This document shows, piece after piece, positions 1-9,803 of a DNA stretch of 54,451 nt (positions within the stretch are counted from its first letter, which is position 1; the number at the start of each line of letters is the position of its first letter). The stretch comes from Deltaproteobacteria bacterium (lineage in GTDB: Bacteria; Myxococcota; Myxococcia; Myxococcales; JAHFDP01): contig JAHFDP010000020.1 of NCBI GenBank assembly GCA_023248955.1, forward strand, positions 1 to 54,451. The letters run 5' to 3'. The notes beneath the pieces are model-generated. The model did not search any database and was not told the DNA's origin. It saw only the letters and a program-made list of their open reading frames with translations. The translations under genes were made by a program, and so were the position numbers.

Positions 1-615
1 GGCGACGGCACCACAACTGATCGGAAGAGCCCCGTCGATGTTCTGGGGCTGACTTCTGGCGTCAGCGCGGTATCGCTCGGCTACTATCACACGTGCGCGC
101 TGACGACTTCTGGCGGCGTCAAATGCTGGGGCGATATCACCCGTCCTGTTACCAGGAGCCCCGTCGATTGGGGCTTGACCTCTGGGGTTAGCGCAATATC
201 AGCCAACGGCGATGGTGACGCGTGCGCGGTAACAACCGGCGGCGGCCTTAAATGCTGGGGGTTCGGGATAGCCGGATCAGGCCAGAACCCATTCGATATC
301 GTCGGACTGACCTCTGGGGTAAGTGCAGTATCGGTGAGCAGCGGTGGCGGATGCGCGGTAACAACCAGCGGCGGCGTTAAATGCTGGGGCGACAACCGCG
401 TCGGCCAACTCGGCGACAACACCACGACCGATCACACGATCCCCGTCGATGTTTTAGGTCTGACCTCTGGCGTCACGGCCGTATCAACCGGCGACCATCA
501 CGCGTGCGCGGTAACGATCACCGGTGGCCTTAAATGCTGGGGCGACAACAGCCGCGGCCAACTCGGCGACAACACCACAACCGAGCGACACACTCCTGTC
601 GACGTGAAGTTTTAA
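1..615 (+). CDS. RCC1 (regulator of chromosome condensation)-like repeat protein, 5'-partial
   Basis: Frame 1 is open from the window edge to TAA at 613-615. It shows tandem ~50-aa repeats of the pattern 'GLTSGVSAVS..H.CAVTTGGGLKCWGDN..GQLGDNTTTD...PVDV', the signature of RCC1/ATS1 beta-propeller blades. Confidence 0.7.
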   Translation, partial: GDGTTTDRKSPVDVLGLTSGVSAVSLGYYHTCALTTSGGVKCWGDITRPVTRSPVDWGLTSGVSAISANGDGDACAVTTGGGLKCWGFGIAGSGQNPFDIVGLTSGVSAVSVSSGGGCAVTTSGGVKCWGDNRVGQLGDNTTTDHTIPVDVLGLTSGVTAVSTGDHHACAVTITGGLKCWGDNSRGQLGDNTTTERHTPVDVKF

Positions 616-932
616 CAGTTACAAAACCCCTATTCACCCTTCGCTTTTTTCTCGCAAATCGTGAAGAAAGCTTCCATCCGCGGCGGTGACTCGCACGGAA
701 TCAGGGCGACGCTCACGCACCACGAATGCCTTGCATATTTAAATATAGTATTTAAAAATAAGTAACCGTTCAATCGGTCATGGCCGGCATCGAAAGCTCC
801 GTGGACCGCGCTTGACAGGACTGGTGGCAGTGCTGGCGGGCAACTATCGGCCTTCGCAGCTCCGTCTCACAATCGTGTCGTGCCTCCCCCAAGAACTTGC
901 CTTTTGCCTTCTCCTCCCCCAAAACACCGGGC

Positions 933-2447
933 ATGAAAAATTCCCTGGTCGCTTTTGGCACCTTGCTCCTCGCCACAACGCTTCCGGCACACGCCAACCC
1001 GGCGTTCGATCTCGAGCAGCTCTCGCTGGATCCCGCCGCGGTCGACTCACTCATCGTCAGCAGCGGTCGAACGTTGCCAGCGCGCGTGCTCCGGCTCGGC
1101 GTGGCCACCCACGGAGAGAAGGATCCGCTCGTCGTCCGCGTCAACGGGGCCACAGCGGGTGCGCTCATTTCCGCTCGCCTGACCACGCATCTCTTCGGTG
1201 CTTTCGCGCTCACCGATCGCTTGGAAATCGAGGCCGAAATTCCGCTGATCGCCTGGCAGACCGGCGCGGATCTCTCCGCTTTCGGCGTTTCGACCCTCGA
1301 ATCTTCCGGTTTGGGCAATCCACTTTTTGCGTTCCGCTATGGGTGGCTCTCGACCGCGCGTGATAGCACGCTGGACCTTTCGACGCGGCTCTCTCTGGGA
1401 CTTCCCATCGGGTCGCCCGCCGCGCTGGGTGGCGCGGCTTCGGGCGGTCTCTCCGTCGAACCAGAAGTTTCGGTGGACCGCGCGTTTGGGCCGATGATGC
1501 TTTCGATGGACATCGGAGCGCGCTTGCGTGGCACGCAGACGCTCGACGTGCGCCGCTTTGGCAACCAATTCTCCGCGGCAGCCTCAGCGATGATCGCCAC
1601 CTCCCCTTGGCGGCCAGAAGCCATTCTGCGCATGGGTGTGCCACTCACCGCGAACGTACCGTTGGGATTCGAAGCGCTCCTTGGCGCGCGTCACGATCTA
1701 GGAACGCCAACGCTCGAGGCGTTTGCGCTGGCCGGTGCAGGCCTAGGCCAACTGCCGGGTGTCCCCGCCTACCGCGGCATTTTAGGTGTCGCCTGGCGAC
1801 CGGCGAACGAAAGAGCCGAAACAGTGCCGTCGGCACCGCCTCCACCGATATCGGCGCCGATATGCCCGGAACCCAAGCCAGTGGCCGCCTGTCCAGCGGC
1901 TCCCGACTGCCCGCAGCCCATTGTGGCGCTGGTCAAGGCTGTGCCTCCTCCAAATCCCGATGACAAGGACTCCGATGGTGATGGAGTTCCCGACGTGGTG
2001 GACAACTGCCCGAACGTACCGGGACCTGCCGAAAACCACGGCTGCCCAGTGGCTCAACCGCAACAGGTCACCATTCAGCGTGAGCGCACGATTCATTCAC
2101 GCATCAAGTTGGGAGCCGAAGTGAATTTTGCGAACAACAGGTGGACCATCGAAAGATCCTCTTTCGGCATTCTCAATCAGCTCGCGGAGGTCATCGTCGC
2201 GCATCCCGAGCTCGCTCACCTGCGCGTCGAAGGCCACACCGACAGCGTCGGAACGCGGCAGAAAAATATCCAATTGTCCGACCATCGCGCCAACGCTGTG
2301 CGGGCCTATCTGGAAAATCACGGCGTGCCCAAAGGTCACCTCACGGCCAAGGGCTACGCTGATGAGCGGCCGATCCACTCGAACGAAAACGAGGTCGGCC
2401 GCGCCCACAACCGGCGCGTCGAAGTGGTTTCGGAAGAGGAGACTTAA
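933..2447 (+). CDS. OmpA-family outer-membrane protein with thrombospondin type-3 (calcium-binding) repeat
   Basis: Signal peptide MKNSLVAFGTLLLATTLPAHA. TSP3-like 'DSDGDGVPDVVDNCPNVPGP'. C-terminal OmpA domain 'LRVEGHTDSVGTRQKNIQLSDHRANAVRAYL...NRRVEVV'. The longest ORF starts at TTG 897; ATG 933 is preferred because it yields the signal peptide. Confidence 0.8.
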   Translation: MKNSLVAFGTLLLATTLPAHANPAFDLEQLSLDPAAVDSLIVSSGRTLPARVLRLGVATHGEKDPLVVRVNGATAGALISARLTTHLFGAFALTDRLEIEAEIPLIAWQTGADLSAFGVSTLESSGLGNPLFAFRYGWLSTARDSTLDLSTRLSLGLPIGSPAALGGAASGGLSVEPEVSVDRAFGPMMLSMDIGARLRGTQTLDVRRFGNQFSAAASAMIATSPWRPEAILRMGVPLTANVPLGFEALLGARHDLGTPTLEAFALAGAGLGQLPGVPAYRGILGVAWRPANERAETVPSAPPPPISAPICPEPKPVAACPAAPDCPQPIVALVKAVPPPNPDDKDSDGDGVPDVVDNCPNVPGPAENHGCPVAQPQQVTIQRERTIHSRIKLGAEVNFANNRWTIERSSFGILNQLAEVIVAHPELAHLRVEGHTDSVGTRQKNIQLSDHRANAVRAYLENHGVPKGHLTAKGYADERPIHSNENEVGRAHNRRVEVVSEEET

Positions 2448-2450
2448 GTC

Positions 2451-5400
2451 ATGAAGCGCACCGCGATGAGCATCGCCTCTTGTGTAGCTCTCCTTGTTGT
2501 GCGGGATGCCGCCGCGCGGACCGATATCTGTTACGAGGGCGGCCCACTTCTTCCCAACTTCCAGCTCAACGGCTCTGCCACGCTCAACGGGACGGACCTG
2601 CTCATTACGCCGGATCAGAGCAACCAAAACGGATCGCTCTTTTACTTCGCGCCGCTCTCATCATCGGGCGATATTCACGTTCAGCTGCAGCTCAAAATCA
2701 CCACCACCAAGCCCAACGGCGCCGACGGTATGGCGTTTGTTATGCACAACGATCCCCGCGGCGTGAAAGCGCTCGGCAACCCTGGCGAGGGGATCGGTTA
2801 CGGAACCAATGGCACCGATCACGGCACACTTGTGCCCATTTCGCCGAGCGTCATCGTCGAAATGGACACCTTCAACAATGGATTTGATTCCGATGACAAC
2901 CACGTTGCCATCGTGAAGAATGGCGATCCGTCGAACCATCTAGCGCGGTTTACGCCGGCCTTTTCGATGAAGAATTGGAACAGTGCCAACGGAACGGCGA
3001 TCCCCGCGCAACCCTTCTTTGTTTGGATCGACTACACCGCCGCCAACACGACCTTCAAAATCTACGTGACGCAAAGCTCGACCAAGCCCGCCACGCCACA
3101 AATCACTTACAACCAGCTGAACCTCGCCACGGTCTTTAACAACAAGCCCTTTTTCATGGGTTTCACAGGCTCCACGGGCGGTCAGCAGTCGAAACACGAG
3201 ATCGTCAACTTCGTCGCTTCGGACAGCGTTCTCACCGAGACGGTCTGCTGCGCGAGCGGCACTGACTGCAACGGCAGCCCGCTCGGTTCCGTGTGCGATT
3301 CGGTCAAGCACGTTTGCAGCCAGTGCACGCCCAGCGATTTTAGCCAATGTTCATCCGCGCCGCTTCCGGGTTGCGATATTTCGGGCGCCAGCGACGCTTG
3401 TATCCCCAAATGCACGGGCGACTTCGGCACCGGACTCGCCGGATCCTGCCTTGCGGCCAACGCTCCGGTCTGCGTCACGTTTGGTCCCTCGGCAGGATCC
3501 TGCGTGGCGTGCAACGGCAATTTCGGCGGTGGCGCAAACCACGCCTGCGGCAGCGCGGGCGCGCCCTCCTGCTCCTTCTCCACGGGCTACTGCGGCTTTT
3601 GCCACAACAACGCCGACTGTGATGGACTCACCTGCGCCAGCGCGACCGGCGTCTGCAACGGGTGCGATGGCAACTTCGGATCGGGCACGACCAACGCCTG
3701 CTTGGCCCCTGCGCCCTTTTGCAATGGCGGAGCTTGCCTCCCCGCCTGCCAGCGGGACAGCGATTGCGGCAGCAGCCAATTCTGCGCGGGCGCAAGCGTC
3801 GGCAATCCCAGCGGATGCCAGCCACTAATCGCCAACGGCCAGCCGGTGCCCGGCGGTTGCACGGGGACCAGCAAAGCCCATTGCGCGACTGATGCCTGCG
3901 ATGCGAGCGACAACAAGTGTGGCCTTGCGCTGGGCGATGGAACGTGCAGCACGCTTGCGCAGTGCCGCGCTGGCGTGTGCATCGCGAGCGGCGGCAACAG
4001 TGGCAAGTGTAAGTCTTGTGCGAACGATCACGACTGCACGACTCCCGCCGCGACCGCTTGCGATACGTCAACGAACCAGTGCGTGCAGTGCACGAGCGCA
4101 AATAACTCGGCCTGTACGAGCAGTACACCGATCTGTGTACAGAAGACTTGCGCCGCCTGTACGGGCGACAACGGCAGCGGTGCAGTAGCAGCGTGCCCGA
4201 CAGCGGCGAATCCCTTCTGCGACGCCACAGGCGCGTGCCGGGCTTGCAGCTCTAACGCGGAGTGCACCACGGGAACGCACCAGGGATCGATCTGCGATGC
4301 GGCCACCGGCGCCTGCGGAACGGCTTGCAACAACGACGCAGACTGCGCCGCGGGAAACTGGTGCAACAACCCGAGCGGCGGATCCTTCGGCGGCAACTGC
4401 GCACCGCGCGTGGCAAACGGTCAGCCGCTCCCCCCGGTAACGCCAATTGGCGGAACCTGCACGCCGGCGAATGCGCAACGCATTTGCATCAGCGGCGTCT
4501 GCGACGTGGGCGACAACCTCTGCGGCCGGCCCAATAGCCGCGTCTGCGTGTCGGCGGCGCAGTGCCGCAGCGCGATTTGTGAAAACGGAATCTGCGGCAA
4601 AGTCAATGGCGAATCCTGCACGGCCGTCGCCCAGTGCAGAGGGGGCGTCTGTTACGCCGACGGCCAGTGCGGCGCGATCAACGGCCAGCCCTGCACCGAC
4701 AGCCGCGCCTGCCGCAGCGGGACCTGCGCTGCCTTCTCAGGTCTTTGCGGCAAGGACAACGGCCAGCCCTGTGCAGCCGCGGTTGAGTGTCGATCGGCCA
4801 TCTGCTTTTCCGATGGCAAATGCGGCGATCCCGACGGCCAGCCATGCTCGGGCGGCGACGTTTGCCGCAGCGACGTGTGCGTTCACGGCGTGTGCGCGGC
4901 CATCTGCGGCACGAACGCCGACTGCGCGACTGGCACGGTCTGTAAATCAGGAAGCTGCACACCCGCGCCCGCCAGCGGCTGCACCACGAATGTGCAATGC
5001 GGTCTTGGGAATGTCTGCACAAACGGCGTTTGCGTCCCAGGGTTGCCAAATGCCAAACCCTGTAGCGTTTCCGCACAATGCGCGTCGCAGATCTGTTTTG
5101 GCGACGGATCGTGTGGCAAGCCAACTGGACACCCCTGCGCCCTGGCGACCGATTGCCGCAGCAACGTGTGTGACGGTACCGGAACCTGCGTGGCCACCTG
5201 CGCGCAGCTCAGCGACTGCCCAGCGAAAGACGTGTGCCAAGACAGCGCCTGCACCGTGCGAACCCCCAACGGAAACAAGCCGGGCGGTGCCAACTGCACG
5301 ACCGGAACGCAGTGCCTTTCAGGAACGTGCGGCGCGGACGGCAGCTGTGGCGGAGGGCCGGGCGATCTGTGCAGCTCGCGCCTGGAATGCCGGAGCGGTA

Positions 5401-5813
5401 TCTGCGATTCCACGGATGGGCGCTGCGGGCTCGCCAACGGCAAGGGCCCCTGCGTCGCCGCCAGCACGACCTCGGTGTGTCGAAGCGATGTGTGCGACGG
5501 CGACGGCAAATGCGGCTACGCCAATGGCGACGGACCCTGCGGCGACGATAACGCTAAGCTGATTTGTCGCGACGGAGCCTCGTGCAATGCGGGGAAGTGT
5601 GGATCGGTTGTCAAGGAGATCAGATTCGGCGGCGGCGGCTGCACGTCGACGTCGGGGAGCGGCATCGTGGCCCTGTTGATGGTTTTCGGTCTCCTGGCGA
5701 GGCTAGTCTCCTCCGACCAGATCACCAACAAATCGACGCTGTCTTGTGGCGAGACCAGCGGTGCCCGCTGCCGCTGGTCTCGCTTGCTCATCTTCATTAC
5801 TTTCCCGTCGTGA
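2451..5813 (+). CDS. Giant secreted protein: N-terminal legume-lectin-like (ConA-like) domain, ~25 Myxococcus-type cysteine-rich repeats, MYXO-CTERM-like anchor
   Basis: Signal peptide MKRTAMSIASCVALLVV. Lectin-legB-like block '...GMAFVMHNDPRG...VIVEMDTFNN..DSDDNHVAIV'. More than 20 tandem units of the form 'C..A.QCRSG.C..G.CG..NGQPC'. Near the C-terminus 'GGGGCTSTSGSGIVALLMVFGLLARL' resembles the MYXO-CTERM Cys plus TM tag, but 32 further residues follow it. Starts 3 nt after the OmpA gene. Confidence 0.8.
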   Translation: MKRTAMSIASCVALLVVRDAAARTDICYEGGPLLPNFQLNGSATLNGTDLLITPDQSNQNGSLFYFAPLSSSGDIHVQLQLKITTTKPNGADGMAFVMHNDPRGVKALGNPGEGIGYGTNGTDHGTLVPISPSVIVEMDTFNNGFDSDDNHVAIVKNGDPSNHLARFTPAFSMKNWNSANGTAIPAQPFFVWIDYTAANTTFKIYVTQSSTKPATPQITYNQLNLATVFNNKPFFMGFTGSTGGQQSKHEIVNFVASDSVLTETVCCASGTDCNGSPLGSVCDSVKHVCSQCTPSDFSQCSSAPLPGCDISGASDACIPKCTGDFGTGLAGSCLAANAPVCVTFGPSAGSCVACNGNFGGGANHACGSAGAPSCSFSTGYCGFCHNNADCDGLTCASATGVCNGCDGNFGSGTTNACLAPAPFCNGGACLPACQRDSDCGSSQFCAGASVGNPSGCQPLIANGQPVPGGCTGTSKAHCATDACDASDNKCGLALGDGTCSTLAQCRAGVCIASGGNSGKCKSCANDHDCTTPAATACDTSTNQCVQCTSANNSACTSSTPICVQKTCAACTGDNGSGAVAACPTAANPFCDATGACRACSSNAECTTGTHQGSICDAATGACGTACNNDADCAAGNWCNNPSGGSFGGNCAPRVANGQPLPPVTPIGGTCTPANAQRICISGVCDVGDNLCGRPNSRVCVSAAQCRSAICENGICGKVNGESCTAVAQCRGGVCYADGQCGAINGQPCTDSRACRSGTCAAFSGLCGKDNGQPCAAAVECRSAICFSDGKCGDPDGQPCSGGDVCRSDVCVHGVCAAICGTNADCATGTVCKSGSCTPAPASGCTTNVQCGLGNVCTNGVCVPGLPNAKPCSVSAQCASQICFGDGSCGKPTGHPCALATDCRSNVCDGTGTCVATCAQLSDCPAKDVCQDSACTVRTPNGNKPGGANCTTGTQCLSGTCGADGSCGGGPGDLCSSRLECRSGICDSTDGRCGLANGKGPCVAASTTSVCRSDVCDGDGKCGYANGDGPCGDDNAKLICRDGASCNAGKCGSVVKEIRFGGGGCTSTSGSGIVALLMVFGLLARLVSSDQITNKSTLSCGETSGARCRWSRLLIFITFPS

Positions 5814-5997
5814 CGATGATCGGAATCTGCTGCACCAGGTTCATGTTCTTCGGCGTATTGCCAGATGAGACGCGCTGGAGCGAAACCCACGCATACAGAA
5901 CTTTGAACTTGGGATTACGAAGGACATCGTTGGTCTGGAGCTGATGCGAGGAGCTGCCGCTGAGTGATCTGCCCGGTTACGGCGTGCGTGTTTGGCG

Positions 5998-6831
5998 CTA
6001 CTCGGGGCCAGCGCGAAGCGTCTCCATCACCATGGAGATCATGCCGGTGCGGTAGGTCACCGCGTAGAAGACGCAGACGATTGTGGTCATCGCCAACGCT
6101 GCGTGGACGAGACGGCTCAGGAAGGAAAACGGAACGCGCGAAAAAGAGAGCGCAGTCAACACGGCGATGATCCCCGTACCGATGGCGATACCGAACGCTG
6201 CGTGCACGATCTCCGGTTGTTGGCGCAGACCGAGAAGAAGCAGTGTCGCGATGACGATGAGCAGCACACGTGCCTCGATTGGAAGTCGCCAAGGTGCGCG
6301 TGCGGCGAAAGTCAATCGGCCCAGAAGGTAGAAAACGAAGGCGATCGCGAAAGCAATACAACCGGCATACAACCGATCATAGCCACGAACCTCGATCAAG
6401 TGCTCTCGGGAGAGACGCGCGAAACCAGCGACGGGCGATCCGAATCGTTCACCCTCGTCGTAAAAAGTGAGTGCGGTGGTCCACTCTTTTTCTTCCGCCG
6501 CCAAATCGCCGAGCGTGACTGCGGCGCGCGCGGACCAGACCGACGTCGGATATTCCTTGCGAACGCGCGTGAGCCAGACACGCGCGCCGGTCGAATCCGC
6601 ACTGGCGTGGCGTGCGGTGCCAATCCAATATTCGGCGCGCGGACGATCCGGAAAATCGACGCCGCCCTCGATCAGCTCGGCCGCGGCCTTCATCGAACCC
6701 TGCGGACCGACGGCGGGATAGGAGCGAAGAATGCGCTCAAATTGTTGTTGCGGTGTTTCGTTTCCGCTCTGAGCATTGGGCTGCGCGGAAGCCGTTGTGG
6801 CTACGGCGAGAACGACAACAGCCATCGTCAC
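5998..6831 (-). CDS. Membrane protein with periplasmic N-terminal domain and C-terminal transmembrane helices (hypothetical)
   Basis: Signal-like N-terminus MTMAVVVLAVATTASA, soluble region, then 3-4 hydrophobic helices ('IAFAIAFVFYLLG', 'VLLIVIATLLLLG', 'IAIGTGIIAVLTAL'). Its start overlaps the acyl-CoA dehydrogenase stop (ATGA). Confidence 0.5.
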   Translation of the reverse strand: MTMAVVVLAVATTASAQPNAQSGNETPQQQFERILRSYPAVGPQGSMKAAAELIEGGVDFPDRPRAEYWIGTARHASADSTGARVWLTRVRKEYPTSVWSARAAVTLGDLAAEEKEWTTALTFYDEGERFGSPVAGFARLSREHLIEVRGYDRLYAGCIAFAIAFVFYLLGRLTFAARAPWRLPIEARVLLIVIATLLLLGLRQQPEIVHAAFGIAIGTGIIAVLTALSFSRVPFSFLSRLVHAALAMTTIVCVFYAVTYRTGMISMVMETLRAGPE

Positions 6832-8627
6832 TTCATGAACCCTTCATCTTCGAGCACGCCCGCGGCGACGCGATCCACCTCGGTGAAGTAACGCAGTGGC
6901 CGCCGCTCGGGAAAGCGGCTGATCTCGGCCATGCGTGCTTCGAGTTCCGTGTCGTCGCAAATTTCCGCAGCGAGGAGTCGCGCTGTTTCCAGCAGCGATT
7001 CGTGCGTGTCGTGAACATAGATGCGCACCATCGGCAACATGCGTACCGTGCGCGGATGGTTCGACTCGACCGCTTGCAGCGCGCGTTGCACGGCGGAATC
7101 CATTCCGTACGCACCGATGATAGCGTCGGCCAACGGTCCGAGCAGCTCCTGATGCTCCGGCAGATCCATGGCGTGCTTTTCGGCCACCAGCGCGGCGATC
7201 CAGGCGACCAGACGCTTGGCCACGTCGCAAGCACGCTTCTCGTACGCCAAAACATCGCTCGAGGCGCTGGTGTGAAACGGCGTCGTGCTCGCGCGCAGTT
7301 GCTCCATCGTCTTTTCCACAAACGCCAAAAGCGGCAGCTCGCCCTTGAGCGCGCGCTTGAAGAGAATGCTTGGAATGAGCAGGCGATTGATCTCGTTCGT
7401 CCCCTCGAAGATTCGGTTGATGCGCGAGTCGCGCGCGATTCGTGCGATCGGAAATTCTTCGATGAACCCGTAGCCACCGTGAATTTGCAGTGCTTCGTCC
7501 GAGCAGAAATCGAGACACTCCGACCCGAAAATCTTCAAGACCGACGATTCGATGGCGTACTCCTCGAGCACGCGTGCATGGTCCTTGGCCGTGAAATCAG
7601 CGGCGTCGATGAGCCCGCTGGCGCGATAGGTCATCGATTCGCCGACGAAGATTCGCGTGGCCATCTGACCGAGTTTTTGGCGGATGAGACCAAAGCTCGA
7701 AAGCGATTTGCCAAATTGTTTGCGCTCTTGCGAATAGCGCGCGGCGATTTCCAAACAGAGTTTCGAAGCGCCGATGGTGCCGATGCCGAGCTTCAAGCGT
7801 CCGACGTTGAGAATATTGAACGCGATTTTGTGGCCGCGCCCAACGTCGCCGAGCAAATTTCCGGCGGGAATGCGTGCATCTTGCAAAATCACTTCCGTGG
7901 TCGACGAGCCGCGAATGCCGAGCTTGTGCTCCTCGGGTCCGTGCGACACGCCCGGCGTTTTTGCCTCGACCAGAAACGCGGAGAAGCCCCCGTCGGGAAC
8001 CACTTGCGCGAAGACGGTAAAGAGATCGGCGAATCCGCCGTTGGTGATCCATTGCTTGACGCCGTTCAAGACCCACGTGTCGCCGTCGCGTCGCGCGGTG
8101 GCTTTGGCGGCCAGCGCGTCTGAGCCGCTGCCCGCCTCGGTTAGCGCGTAGGCCGCGATCCATTCGCCGCTGGCCAAGCGAGGCAAGTAGCGTTGCTTCT
8201 GTTCTTCGGTCCCGTAAAAAACGAGCGGGAGTGTGCCGATGCCGGTGTGCGCGCCGATGGTGGTGGAGAAAGACCCGACGCGGCGGATCGTTTCCGTGGC
8301 GAGCATGCTGGTCGTTTTGGAAAGTCCCAGACCGCCGTACTCTTCAGGCACATCGATCGCCAGGAATCCGAGCTCGCCTGCGCGTTTCAAGAGTCCGACT
8401 AAAACGCCGGGCGCTTTTTCTTCGATCTCCTTCACGCGCGGCGCCACTTCGCGATCAGAAAATTGCGTGGCGGTGCGCATCAGTTCGCGCTGCTCGTCGG
8501 TGAAATCTTCGGGCGTGAATTGGCGATGTTCGCCGGTGCCGTCGAGGAGAAATTGGCCGCCGGGGCGCGGTGCGGCGCCGAGGACGAGAAGATCTTTCAG
8601 AAGGTCGCTGCGAGGCGTAACGGGCAT
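6828..8627 (-). CDS. Long-chain acyl-CoA dehydrogenase (ACAD with C-terminal extension, VLCAD/ACAD9-like)
   Basis: 599 aa with ACAD motifs: 'YALTEAGSGSD', 'WITNGG.ADLFTVFA', 'GIGTIGASK', 'ALQIHGGYGFIEEFPIARIARDSRINRIFEGTNEI'. Confidence 0.85.
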   Translation of the reverse strand: MPVTPRSDLLKDLLVLGAAPRPGGQFLLDGTGEHRQFTPEDFTDEQRELMRTATQFSDREVAPRVKEIEEKAPGVLVGLLKRAGELGFLAIDVPEEYGGLGLSKTTSMLATETIRRVGSFSTTIGAHTGIGTLPLVFYGTEEQKQRYLPRLASGEWIAAYALTEAGSGSDALAAKATARRDGDTWVLNGVKQWITNGGFADLFTVFAQVVPDGGFSAFLVEAKTPGVSHGPEEHKLGIRGSSTTEVILQDARIPAGNLLGDVGRGHKIAFNILNVGRLKLGIGTIGASKLCLEIAARYSQERKQFGKSLSSFGLIRQKLGQMATRIFVGESMTYRASGLIDAADFTAKDHARVLEEYAIESSVLKIFGSECLDFCSDEALQIHGGYGFIEEFPIARIARDSRINRIFEGTNEINRLLIPSILFKRALKGELPLLAFVEKTMEQLRASTTPFHTSASSDVLAYEKRACDVAKRLVAWIAALVAEKHAMDLPEHQELLGPLADAIIGAYGMDSAVQRALQAVESNHPRTVRMLPMVRIYVHDTHESLLETARLLAAEICDDTELEARMAEISRFPERRPLRYFTEVDRVAAGVLEDEGFMK

Positions 8628-8656
8628 GCCGACATGCTACTGCCGTTCGAGCGGCA

Positions 8657-9775
8657 TTGTTCGATAAGGTGGCGAGCTTGTCCCAGTCCAAAGCGATCGG
8701 CCGAGCTTTCGCGCAAGCGCTCGTTCCGTGGTTCCGAAAAAACGCGCGCGATCTTCCATGGCGCCGCGACAAGACGCCGTACCGCGTTTGGCTCTCGGAA
8801 GTGATGTTGCAGCAGACGCAGGTCGCTGCGGTGGTTCCTTATTATGAGCGTTTTTTGGCGCGTTTTCCCTCGCTGGAATCGCTGGCGACGGCGCCGGTGG
8901 AGGACGTGCTCGCGCTCTGGAGTGGGCTTGGCTATTACCGCCGCGCGCGGCTGCTTCATGCGGCGGCCCGCGCGGCGCATGGGCTGGGCGGTTTTCCGGA
9001 CAACGCGGCGGCGCTGGCCGAGTTGCCTGGATTCGGCCCCTACACGGCCGCTGCGGTTGCTTCGTTTGCTTTCGGCGAGGACGTGCCGCTGGTTGACGGC
9101 AATGTGGCCCGCGTGTTGGCGCGACTTTTCGGTTGGCGTGGCGATGTTGACGAAGCGCGCAAAGCCGCTTGGGACGCCGCTCCGGCGCTAATCACGCCGA
9201 AGATGGGACCCGCGATCAACGAGGCGTTGATGGAGCTTGGCGCAACGGTTTGCACGCCGCGATCGCCAAGCTGCAGTCCCTGTCCTCTTGGATTCGTCTG
9301 CGCCGCGCGGAAGCTTGGGCAGACCGAAGAGATTCCCGCACCGCGGCCGAAGAAGAAAAAGCCGCCCCTAGACGTGGCGTGTGTGGTCAGCGAACGGCGT
9401 GGTGCGGTGCTCTTGGCGCAACGAAAAGAGGGCGGACTCTTTGGCGGACTATGGGAGCCGCCAGGAACGTTGCTCGAGGGCGCGCATGATCGCGCGAATG
9501 CCGAACGGCTTCTTAGGTCCTCGTTACGATCGATGGGTTTCACTCTTGGCGCAATTGACAAAAAGACAAGGGTATTACGAGAGCTAACACACCGATCGCT
9601 TTCGTATTACGTCCATCGCGCGGCGACGACCGGGACGATGCGCCCGAATGCGGCCTACGTCTCAGCGCGCTGGGTTGCGCTCGACGAAGTGGCGTCGCTG
9701 GGCATGGCTTCCGCGGCGGTAGCGGCACTGCGCGCGGGCGGCGTCGCCGTTGAGACGAAGCGATCGGCGCGCTAG
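8657..9775 (+). CDS. mutY: A/G-specific adenine DNA glycosylase MutY
   Basis: HhH-GPD glycosylase core 'VWLSEVMLQQTQV..V..YYERF...P....LA.A....VL..W.GLGYY.RAR.L', helix-hairpin-helix 'LPGFGPYTAAAV', FeS-loop cysteines 'CTPRSPSCSPCPL', and a C-terminal NUDIX-like domain. Confidence 0.85.
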   Translation: MFDKVASLSQSKAIGRAFAQALVPWFRKNARDLPWRRDKTPYRVWLSEVMLQQTQVAAVVPYYERFLARFPSLESLATAPVEDVLALWSGLGYYRRARLLHAAARAAHGLGGFPDNAAALAELPGFGPYTAAAVASFAFGEDVPLVDGNVARVLARLFGWRGDVDEARKAAWDAAPALITPKMGPAINEALMELGATVCTPRSPSCSPCPLGFVCAARKLGQTEEIPAPRPKKKKPPLDVACVVSERRGAVLLAQRKEGGLFGGLWEPPGTLLEGAHDRANAERLLRSSLRSMGFTLGAIDKKTRVLRELTHRSLSYYVHRAATTGTMRPNAAYVSARWVALDEVASLGMASAAVAALRAGGVAVETKRSAR

Positions 9776-9803
9776 AGTCGGCGCTCCTCAAGGAGAATCA
9801 CCG

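Noticed and set aside
4447-5562. 371-aa Ala/Pro/Arg-rich ORF in an alternative frame inside the lectin/Cys-repeat gene
   Set aside because: Low-complexity composition typical of off-frame translation of GC-rich coding DNA. It is fully embedded in a gene with strong domain support.
4400-5600. Periodic DNA repeats considered as a possible CRISPR array
   Set aside because: The periodicity (~75 bp) is in-frame protein tandem repeats (Cys-rich units) with no invariant direct repeats or unique spacers. No cas genes are nearby.
6612-8123. 503-aa plus-strand ORF antisense to the acyl-CoA dehydrogenase gene
   Set aside because: Arg/Ala-rich with no motifs. The opposite strand carries unmistakable ACAD motifs, so this is a shadow ORF.
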